From IMG/VR virus record IMGVR_UViG_3300010274_000001, positions 1-41,354 of that record: a stretch of 41,354 nt of DNA; one strand, given 5' to 3'. Source of the stretch: a virus. Every line of letters begins with the position of its first letter. Within the stretch, counting starts at the first letter, position 1. Positions 35,178-41,247 of the stretch are shown in pieces. The notes below the pieces were generated by a model. That model did not search any database. It saw nothing but the letters and a program-made list of their open reading frames with translations, and had not been told where the DNA came from. Both the position numbers and the translations under genes were made by a program.

Positions 35178-35792
35178 TTAAAAGTCTCCTTCAGAATCAC
35201 CTTGAAACATTTCAAACATTGTATCTAATGATTCCATCTCAGGACTACCAATGGCTTCAAATAATACTCCGCTGTCTAAGCCATCGCCTTTTTTAACTAG
35301 CTGGACAGCGTCTAATCGAAAGCTAATTCCATAACCCCTTGAAGCAGGCATATAATAAGGAATTGCAGTAACTTGAAGGTTTACTGTGTCCCCTCTGTGA
35401 ATTTCTGAGGCTGATAAAGGCTTAACATTGCGGTCAAAAACACGAACAACGTTTTCCTTTATCCTTTCCTGCCCCATAGAGTCTGTAAATCTAAAGATAG
35501 CGTTAGTCTTAGCTTTAATCCGATAAGAGTTATCGTCTAATTCAGTAAAAGGCTCTATAGGAATAATATTTTTTATATTAGGATTAGCCTCCTTTACATA
35601 TTCCATAGCTTTCGGCATTAATTGCTCCCTTACCTGTTTAACAATAGGATTGCTTGGAGCAATGATTCCTTCAACACGATATACCCCGTCTTTGTTCCAT
35701 TTAGTATCAGGGTATTCTAAGTACACCCACTGAGTTAGCACGTCTTTAATCACCAATGGGATTTTAAACTTTTTAACCTTACTATTTGCCAT
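35178..35792 (-). CDS. Single-stranded DNA-binding protein (T7 gp2.5-like)
   Basis: WVYLEYPDTKW..DGVYRVEGII matches YAYIAKPDYG..GVYKVDLTI. The acidic C-terminal tail ends ...GDSEGDF (T7 ends ...EDGDF). Confidence 0.85.
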   Translation of the reverse strand: MANSKVKKFKIPLVIKDVLTQWVYLEYPDTKWNKDGVYRVEGIIAPSNPIVKQVREQLMPKAMEYVKEANPNIKNIIPIEPFTELDDNSYRIKAKTNAIFRFTDSMGQERIKENVVRVFDRNVKPLSASEIHRGDTVNLQVTAIPYYMPASRGYGISFRLDAVQLVKKGDGLDSGVLFEAIGSPEMESLDTMFEMFQGDSEGDF

Positions 35793-35795
35793 ATT

Positions 35796-36437
35796 CTATT
35801 CACTCTCCTTTATATTAAATTGTTTATCAATAACATCTACAGTGGCTTTAAAGACTTCATCTGGAGTCTTATTAGCCACATCTATAACTTCTATTTCAGG
35901 ATATAGTGCTGGTAAGATAGTCGTATACAACGTTTGAGCAGCAGCCTGAATATCCTTCTGAGATTCAAAGAAGTCTGGCTGCCAGTCTCCATCAAACTTA
36001 TGAAAGTTTTCTAAATGTGAATTAATATACACCAACGTTAAGTCTGGTGTATAAAGAATATACCTTTGGAAAAAGTCCGAAAGTTCATTAATGAAGTTAA
36101 CAGTAGTAGGCACATCAGCTCTCAACATTGCTCCCTGATAAGCCAATGTAGAATAAAAATAGCGGTCTAGAAGAACTACATCATAGTATTGGATAGCCGA
36201 AGAAATGTCGTGTTGTCTGTTGTATATATCTAGCCCAAATAACATAGCTAGACTGGCTGGAGAAAAGCTATAGTTCCTGTTCAGACAAAATGCTATTGAT
36301 TGCTTAACAAAGTCTGTTGAAGGAAATGCAAAGATTTTAGTGGTGTAGTATTCATGAGCTAAATAATTAGATAGCTTTAGGCTAAGTGTAGTTTTACCTA
36401 CGCCATCAATGCCTTCTAAACATATTAACATTTTCAT
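35796..36437 (-). CDS. tmk: Thymidylate kinase-like (d)NMP kinase
   Basis: P-loop LEGIDGVGKTT and a DRY motif LLDRYFYSTLAYQG. An Arg-rich LID is not obvious. Confidence 0.75.
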   Translation of the reverse strand: MKMLICLEGIDGVGKTTLSLKLSNYLAHEYYTTKIFAFPSTDFVKQSIAFCLNRNYSFSPASLAMLFGLDIYNRQHDISSAIQYYDVVLLDRYFYSTLAYQGAMLRADVPTTVNFINELSDFFQRYILYTPDLTLVYINSHLENFHKFDGDWQPDFFESQKDIQAAAQTLYTTILPALYPEIEVIDVANKTPDEVFKATVDVIDKQFNIKESE

Positions 36438-36676
36438 AAATAACCCCCTCTTTCCTCATAAAATTTACGTTTCCACAACCTTCTTAAATCTTTTAGAGTC
36501 CCCCACCAAAGGTCACCGTCGGGGCTCATTACCATTATCAAATCCTCCGCCCAGTAAGCGTCTTCGCCAAAACAGTCGCTTACTAATTCTTCTATATCCT
36601 CGGGGATAATAACAATTTCCCCGTTGTGAATAAACGCTTGCCCGCTCCAAATAAGATATTCATCATTTTCATTCAT
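36434..36676 (-). CDS. Hypothetical 80-aa acidic, Trp-rich protein
   Basis: ATGA-type overlaps with both neighbours. No family recognised. Confidence 0.6.
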   Translation of the reverse strand: MNENDEYLIWSGQAFIHNGEIVIIPEDIEELVSDCFGEDAYWAEDLIMVMSPDGDLWWGTLKDLRRLWKRKFYEERGGYL

Positions 36677-36896
36677 TATGTGTCACCTCCTTTTCTTTAG
36701 TATCCTTTTTTGGATGATAGCTGTTCCACTCCCTAACTATGCTTACAAAATCATACAAAGAATGGTATTTCTTATACTTCGGCTGTTTAACAATAATATA
36801 CTTATAATGGTTAAGAATGTTTATTAGGTCATCTAATGGGATGTTTAAATTATCTAATTCTTTTGAATATTCCTTGTTGTCTTTCACACCCTTCAC
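36669..36896 (-). CDS. Hypothetical ~72-75-aa protein, first gene after promoter P3
   Basis: GTG starts at 36896 or 36887 follow aaaggagag. The product is basic and Lys-rich. Confidence 0.55.
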   Translation of the reverse strand: MKGVKDNKEYSKELDNLNIPLDDLINILNHYKYIIVKQPKYKKYHSLYDFVSIVREWNSYHPKKDTKEKEVTHNE

Positions 36897-36923
36897 TCTC
36901 CTTTTTAAGACAATAACAATACT

Positions 36924-36952
36924 ATTATATCATATAAAAGCTGTCATGTCAA
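36924..36952 (-). promoter_or_regulatory. Sigma-A/sigma-70-type promoter P3: TTGACA-N17-TATAAT with a TGn extended -10
   Basis: The - strand reads cctgtctaTTGACAtgacagcttttatatgaTATAAT. The -35 is at 36952-36947 and the -10 at 36929-36924. It shares the upstream box CCTGTyTA with P1 and P2. Confidence 0.8.
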
Positions 36953-36974
36953 TAGACAGGATGTAAATATTTGG

Positions 36975-37355
36975 TTAAAATATTATTTCGAAGATAAGAG
37001 AGTTAAATGAACCATCATGCCATGGCAGCTCCATAGACGCCGAAACAAATTGATGTGTACAGTTATGGAGAGCAGTGACTATCCACCGCTCTCCCTGAAG
37101 CCCCACATAGAAGTCGTACGAAGCGTATCCTAATGGAAAGTAAGGGAAGGTTTCAGGATACACTGAAATAGGGCTCAAATAACTTGCGTCATAGCCAAAG
37201 AAAAGATGATTGTTAAGAAAGAAAAAGGTGTCCTTAGCCCCTATCTCAAACACTGAATGATTTTCTATGTAGGGATAGGTATCTAAAGCAACGCCTATGT
37301 TTGTTACAGATATATAAGCGTTGCCAAAGGTTATACAGTAGAAAGATATTACCAT
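36975..37355 (-). CDS. Hypothetical aromatic-rich protein, probably membrane-anchored. The true start may be a CTG at 37418.
   Basis: The ATG at 37355 has no SD and falls in the middle of a hydrophobic helix (LWNYVLLFLFIFL|MVISFYCITF). The frame is open back to 37421, and GGAGG at 37429-37425 sits 6 nt upstream of the CTG. Confidence 0.55.
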   Translation of the reverse strand: MVISFYCITFGNAYISVTNIGVALDTYPYIENHSVFEIGAKDTFFFLNNHLFFGYDASYLSPISVYPETFPYFPLGYASYDFYVGLQGERWIVTALHNCTHQFVSASMELPWHDGSFNSLIFEIIF

Positions 37356-37407
37356 GAGAAATATAAATAAGAAAAGTAAAACATAGTTCCAAAGATTGTT
37401 ATAGTCG

Positions 37408-37698
37408 TTATTCGTCAGACTTCACCTCCTCTTCTTTTTCATAACGTTCCAATGCATAAGTTAAAAGTTTTTCGGGCTTAAATTCTCGGCTAGTAATAAG
37501 GATAGCTTTATCTTCTAATGTTTTATCAAGGAAATTATCAGGCATAGTACCTGTAAAATGTATAATATGACCTTCAGAATCCATGGCTATCCACCAAGTC
37601 TCTCTAGTAAGATAAGCTAACTTTTCAATCAACATCAATTCTTCTATTAACCTATTCCAGTGTGTTTTTATTAACGCTGCCCAAAACTTATTTTCCAT
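37408..37698 (-). CDS. Hypothetical early protein (96 aa)
   Basis: SD aaaggaggtg. No family recognised. Confidence 0.65.
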   Translation of the reverse strand: MENKFWAALIKTHWNRLIEELMLIEKLAYLTRETWWIAMDSEGHIIHFTGTMPDNFLDKTLEDKAILITSREFKPEKLLTYALERYEKEEEVKSDE

Positions 37699-37714
37699 AT
37701 ACTTTCACCTCCTT

Positions 37715-38104
37715 TTATAATTTTATAACTATAATATCTTCAGAATCATCTTTATTATAACTTATAGTAATATCAAATGAATTCAAATTAATTGAATATT
37801 TATCAACATATTTTTTATTTCTTGCTTGTTCTAATACTTCAACTAAAGCATCCATAATCCCTTTTATAGATATTTCATTATTAAAAATCATGTATAAATT
37901 TATAGCATTAACAATTCTATACCTGAATAACATACCAAAAACATAAAATTTCAAATTTTTTTCATCTAATTCATCAACATATTCCATAGTTCCAATTAAA
38001 CCAGGTTTAAATTCATTATCATAATAGGCTTCTTGTAAAATGTTTAATAAAAAATTTTCAATAATATTTGTTACACAATCACCATCTTTTATATCTATCA
38101 CCAT
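37715..38104 (-). CDS. Hypothetical early protein (129 aa) in a markedly AT-rich segment
   Basis: SD aaaggaggtg. It is visibly more AT-rich than its neighbours, and the protein is rich in N, I, K, Y and F. Confidence 0.6.
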   Translation of the reverse strand: MVIDIKDGDCVTNIIENFLLNILQEAYYDNEFKPGLIGTMEYVDELDEKNLKFYVFGMLFRYRIVNAINLYMIFNNEISIKGIMDALVEVLEQARNKKYVDKYSINLNSFDITISYNKDDSEDIIVIKL

Positions 38105-38120
38105 TTTTGTTCACCTCCTT

Positions 38121-38489
38121 TTAGTCTGCCCATGAAGCAACAGCCCAGTAAAAATGATAAAGAATATCTGAAGCCTTACTTGTTGAAGAATATCGCATGC
38201 TAATTATTTCATCACCATAATGATAGTCTATCCTACTTATTTCATCAAAAAATAGCATATACTCATTTTTGGTTTCTTCAGTTCCCGGAAGTGCTAAATG
38301 ATAAGCCCGATATTCCCAATCTTGACAAAAACAAAGAGAATATCCAGAGTATTTCTCTACCCAGTCTACAACACCTTCATATGTTTTCCCTTGCCATTCA
38401 AATGTTTCATCACTATCTTTACCTTCAACAGCTTTTGTAACACTTTCAAAATCTTCCAAACGTTTTTGAAACATTTCTAAAATGTTCAT
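38121..38489 (-). CDS. Early paralog family X, member 3 (122 aa)
   Basis: It shares RLEDFESV..., FEWQGKTYEG..W..KYSG, YRA..L.L, Y.LFF..I.R.DY.YGDE with 38510-38872 and 39490-39873. Confidence 0.7.
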   Translation of the reverse strand: MNILEMFQKRLEDFESVTKAVEGKDSDETFEWQGKTYEGVVDWVEKYSGYSLCFCQDWEYRAYHLALPGTEETKNEYMLFFDEISRIDYHYGDEIISMRYSSTSKASDILYHFYWAVASWAD

Positions 38490-38509
38490 ACTCTTTCACC
38501 TCCTTATTT

Positions 38510-38872
38510 TTAATAAGCCCATTTTACAAAACTATGATAAAAATGAATTAAAAATGCAAACTCTTCACAATAGGGAAACTCAGTGAAGACTATTTTTTCA
38601 TCACCATATACATAGTCTACTCTAGGTATTTTTGGAAAAAATAAGAAATATTCTAAGTTGCGTTCGTTGGACAACTCAAACCTAATAGCGCGATATATTT
38701 CATCATCACAACAGGACCCTCCCCATCCTGAATATTTGTCTGCCCATTCTTCATAGCTATGATATATCTGTCCGCGCCACTCAAAATCTTCATCCCAAGA
38801 GACATCTTTGGTGGCTTCTAAAACACTCTCAAAATCTTGTATCCTTTTGTGCAACCTATCTACAATATTCAT
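38510..38872 (-). CDS. Early paralog family X, member 2 (120 aa)
   Basis: RIQDFESVLEA..DFEWRGQIYHSYEEWADKYSGW..YRAIRFELS..EYFLFFPKIPRVDYVYGDEKIV. Confidence 0.7.
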   Translation of the reverse strand: MNIVDRLHKRIQDFESVLEATKDVSWDEDFEWRGQIYHSYEEWADKYSGWGGSCCDDEIYRAIRFELSNERNLEYFLFFPKIPRVDYVYGDEKIVFTEFPYCEEFAFLIHFYHSFVKWAY

Positions 38873-38885
38873 ACCTTTTCACCTC

Positions 38886-38972
38886 CTAATCTATCATTTG
38901 CTCATCCACAGAGTTTTCTCTCTTCTCCATGGACGCATAATTTGTTCCTAATTTCAACCAAAATTTCACCAT
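38886..38972 (-). CDS. Possible micro-ORF (28 aa) inside a 176-nt gap
   Basis: aaggaggt, 8 nt, then ATG. Its stop overlaps the SD of the next gene. It is too short to judge. Confidence 0.25.
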   Translation of the reverse strand: MVKFWLKLGTNYASMEKRENSVDEQMID

Positions 38973-39027
38973 ACCATCATACCTCCTTAAGTTATTTCAA
39001 TGCCTTATAGGTAAACTTTAAGAGGTA

Positions 39028-39052
39028 CTGAGGAAGGTTAAACCCTCCTCAG
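39028..39052 (-). terminator. Intergenic stem-loop h1 overlapping the stop codon of the 39049 gene (terminator or RNA-processing candidate)
   Basis: 7-bp stem ctgagga/tcctcag with an 11-nt loop. On the - strand it is followed by a TACCTATAAGG box (39013-39003). Confidence 0.4.
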
Positions 39053-39402
39053 TCTTCCTCATCCTCCCATATTTCTTCTTCTTCTTCCTCAGAAAGACTC
39101 ATAAGATACTCAGCAAAAGTTTTCTCTTCATGCTCTTTTGCTTGTTTGTCAGCTTCTTCTTGAAAAACCTCAGCTAATTCCTCCCAGTCAATTGTAGCAT
39201 CTAAGAAGTCTATAAGCTCCCAATATAAATCATCATCATATTTTGCCATCCAATCGACTAACGAATGAATTTCATCCGTAATTGCCCATTTTAAATCAAG
39301 TAAATGCGCTTTCTCCGCATATGACACCCAATCATAACGCTCGTTTGTCAAATACAAATAAGCCAAATATGTTTCTTTGTTATGCCAGCCTTTATAACTC
39401 AT
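39049..39402 (-). CDS. Early paralog family Y member (117 aa): N-terminal GWxNxET(W/Y) motif, C-terminal IDWEELAEVF motif, poly-acidic tail
   Basis: MSYKGWHNKETYLAYLYL... matches MSYNGWENYETWRTFEYL in 40552-40833. ATG at 39402 follows aaaggaggt. Confidence 0.7.
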   Translation of the reverse strand: MSYKGWHNKETYLAYLYLTNERYDWVSYAEKAHLLDLKWAITDEIHSLVDWMAKYDDDLYWELIDFLDATIDWEELAEVFQEEADKQAKEHEEKTFAEYLMSLSEEEEEEIWEDEED

Positions 39403-39459
39403 CTTAAAAACCTCCTTTAGATTTTTATAATACCTCATAAGGTAAAATATAAAGTAAAG

Positions 39460-39485
39460 CTAGAGAGAGGATAACCTCCCTCTAG
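39460..39485 (-). terminator. Intergenic stem-loop h2 (terminator or RNA-processing candidate)
   Basis: 11-bp stem ctagagagagg/cctccctctag (one mismatch), loop ataa. On the - strand it is followed by a U-rich CTTTACTTTATATTTT stretch and a TACCTTATGAGG box. Confidence 0.55.
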
Positions 39486-39489
39486 CTCC

Positions 39490-39873
39490 TCAGTCTTCCT
39501 CATCTGCTCCTAAAAGTTTAAAATATTCACTCATAATCTCAAAATCTTCTCCATCTAATACTAGAGATGCTCCATCAAACCAGTCAAGGTAATGATATTC
39601 AATCCTTTCTAGTTTTGGAAAATACAAGAAATAATCTTGAGGACCTCCACACGATAATTCAAGTCTCTTTGCGCGGTAGTAATTATCATCATAATATCCT
39701 AGAACATAGTTATTTACCCAGTCTATTATATCTTCATATTCATAATCATTTTCAGTTACTATCTTTTCGTAGTTGTTTTCTTTGAAGTTGCTTAATGCTT
39801 GTTTGAAATCTTCTATCCTTCTTTTCAACTCGTCTTCAATTAATTCACTACATCTTTTGTTTCTATCTCCCAT
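39490..39873 (-). CDS. Early paralog family X, member 1 (127 aa)
   Basis: RIEDFKQAL...YEYEDIIDWVNNY..YYRAKRLELS..DYFLYFPKLERIEYHYLD. SD taaaggaggt. Confidence 0.7.
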   Translation of the reverse strand: MGDRNKRCSELIEDELKRRIEDFKQALSNFKENNYEKIVTENDYEYEDIIDWVNNYVLGYYDDNYYRAKRLELSCGGPQDYFLYFPKLERIEYHYLDWFDGASLVLDGEDFEIMSEYFKLLGADEED

Positions 39874-39887
39874 TATTATTACCTCCT

Positions 39888-40172
39888 TTATTTTAAATTT
39901 GCTTCCTCTTCTAATTCACGTTGATATACCCTTTCAAAGGCTTCCTTAATTTCTTCATATGAGGCCCAGCCAATAGCCGCATATAATAAAAGCTCTGATA
40001 AACTTCTTTCAGGAATGTTATAACTTCTAAGAATTTCTTCAGCCTTTTGCCTCAAGATTTCCTCTGCCCATTTTTTAGATGAAGTTACAATATTAACACA
40101 TTGCCCTTTTGCCTCATCATACAGCTCCCAAAATACAATGTTAGTAATATCATCTCTAAAATTATATAACAT
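39888..40172 (-). CDS. Early protein (94 aa) with the family-Y C-terminal motif (LLYAAIGWASYEEIKEAFERVY)
   Basis: The motif is shared with 39049, 40162 and 40552. It overlaps the upstream gene by 11 nt. Confidence 0.65.
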   Translation of the reverse strand: MLYNFRDDITNIVFWELYDEAKGQCVNIVTSSKKWAEEILRQKAEEILRSYNIPERSLSELLLYAAIGWASYEEIKEAFERVYQRELEEEANLK

Positions 40173-40470
40173 TTATTTCACCGCCTCTTTTCACACGTGG
40201 GACTATAACTTCATTTAGCCAATCGTCTAGTAAAGCTTTGACGATAATTTCATAGTTTGCAGAAGTTATTGCTTTGCTCAACACATCATGAATGAATTCT
40301 TCAGGCTCCCCGCCTAACTCTTTTAATACTATCATTTCAACGTCTTCTTTAAGCGCCTGACTGAGACTTTCGACAAGCTTTTCATAAAAATTTTGCCCCC
40401 ACTCAGTTTTAGCTAAGTATTCATACAATGCTATATCTAGGCTTGAACCCAGTAACCTCCCATATTTCAT
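40162..40470 (-). CDS. Early protein (102 aa) with the family-Y C-terminal motif (VLSKAITSANYEIIVKALLDDW)
   Basis: SD ttggaggtgttaacATG, identical in context to the 40833 start. Confidence 0.65.
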   Translation of the reverse strand: MKYGRLLGSSLDIALYEYLAKTEWGQNFYEKLVESLSQALKEDVEMIVLKELGGEPEEFIHDVLSKAITSANYEIIVKALLDDWLNEVIVPRVKRGGEINVI

Positions 40471-40517
40471 GTTAACACCTCCAAAAGTTTTATAATTCCT
40501 CTTAGGTAGGATATAAA

Positions 40518-40541
40518 GACAGAGAGGCTATCCTCTCCGTC
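40518..40541 (-). terminator. Intergenic stem-loop h3 (terminator or RNA-processing candidate)
   Basis: 10-bp stem gacagagagg/cctctccgtc (one G-U pair), loop ctat. On the - strand it is followed by TTTATAT and a TACCTAAGAGG box (40508-40501). Confidence 0.55.
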
Positions 40542-40551
40542 TATCAAACTA

Positions 40552-40833
40552 TCAAACGTCTAAAAATACGGTTGCTAGGTCAGTAAAATCTATTTCAGAT
40601 ATGGCTTTAGTAAGTAAATCTTTCAAAAAGCTGTTTAAATCCGCCATATCCACCTCTTGCTCAATCAAATCTTTTAAATACAACGCAAGCATTTCAATTT
40701 TTTTGTCTTCTGTTATCTCTTCGTCTTCCTCCTCTCCGAATAATTTATTCTCCGCAAAGTTTTGCCAGTCTACATCATCTAAATATTCAAACGTCCGCCA
40801 TGTTTCATAATTCTCCCATCCATTGTAACTCAT
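40552..40833 (-). CDS. First early gene: family Y member (93 aa), acidic
   Basis: MSYNGWENYETWRTFEYL... with C-terminal LLTKAISEIDFTDLATVFLD. SD atggaggtgttaacATG. It lies directly downstream of P2. Confidence 0.75.
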   Translation of the reverse strand: MSYNGWENYETWRTFEYLDDVDWQNFAENKLFGEEEDEEITEDKKIEMLALYLKDLIEQEVDMADLNSFLKDLLTKAISEIDFTDLATVFLDV

Positions 40834-40865
40834 GTTAACACCTCCATTTGTAATTTTCTAAAATT

Positions 40866-40895
40866 ATTTTAGCATACTCATTTAAGCTTTGTCAA
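40866..40895 (-). promoter_or_regulatory. Early promoter P2: TTGACA-N18-TAAAAT with TGn
   Basis: The - strand reads cctgtttaTTGACAaagcttaaatgagtatgcTAAAAT. The -35 is at 40895-40890 and the -10 at 40871-40866. Confidence 0.8.
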
Positions 40896-40964
40896 TAAAC
40901 AGGATATTAAAAGTTTGTTAAATCTTTCTACACGCTACAATAGTTTTTCTAACTTTCTAAAACC

Positions 40965-40993
40965 AGTATAACACACACAAATAATCTTGTCAA
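40965..40993 (-). promoter_or_regulatory. Early promoter P1: TTGACA-N17-TATACT with TGn
   Basis: The - strand reads cctgtttaTTGACAagattatttgtgtgtgtTATACT. The -35 is at 40993-40988 and the -10 at 40970-40965. It lies about 100 bp upstream of P2, in tandem. Confidence 0.8.
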
Positions 40994-41209
40994 TAAACAG
41001 GGAGTAACAAGCTTGTAAATCATCAATAAAGCTTTGTAACAGTTAAGTAAAACCTACTAAAGTTTAAAAAACTATTAAACACACGATGAATACAGAATTA
41101 CAAGAGGGTTTAATAAATCCTTTATTAGGCTACATAATGTTTTATTAACGCAATATTTACGGGAGTTTTAGAACTTTTTTGAACTTTTGAAGGTCTAATA
41201 TATGAAAGC

Positions 41210-41229
41210 ATATATATATATATATATAT
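41210..41229. repeat. (AT)10 microsatellite, 18 nt before the right terminal-repeat copy
   Basis: Direct reading of atatatatatatatatatat. Confidence 0.9.
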
Positions 41230-41247
41230 CATTAGACTTGCATAAGT

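Noticed and set aside
40834-41247. tRNA or other structured RNA gene in the 414-nt non-coding right-end region
   Set aside because: By eye I could find no cloverleaf-compatible segment, meaning no GTTC-type T-loop with matching acceptor stems. The region is explained by two promoters, AT-only hairpins (TAATAAA-tcc-TTTATTA), GAACTTTT direct repeats and the (AT)10 run. A tRNAscan or Infernal run would settle it.
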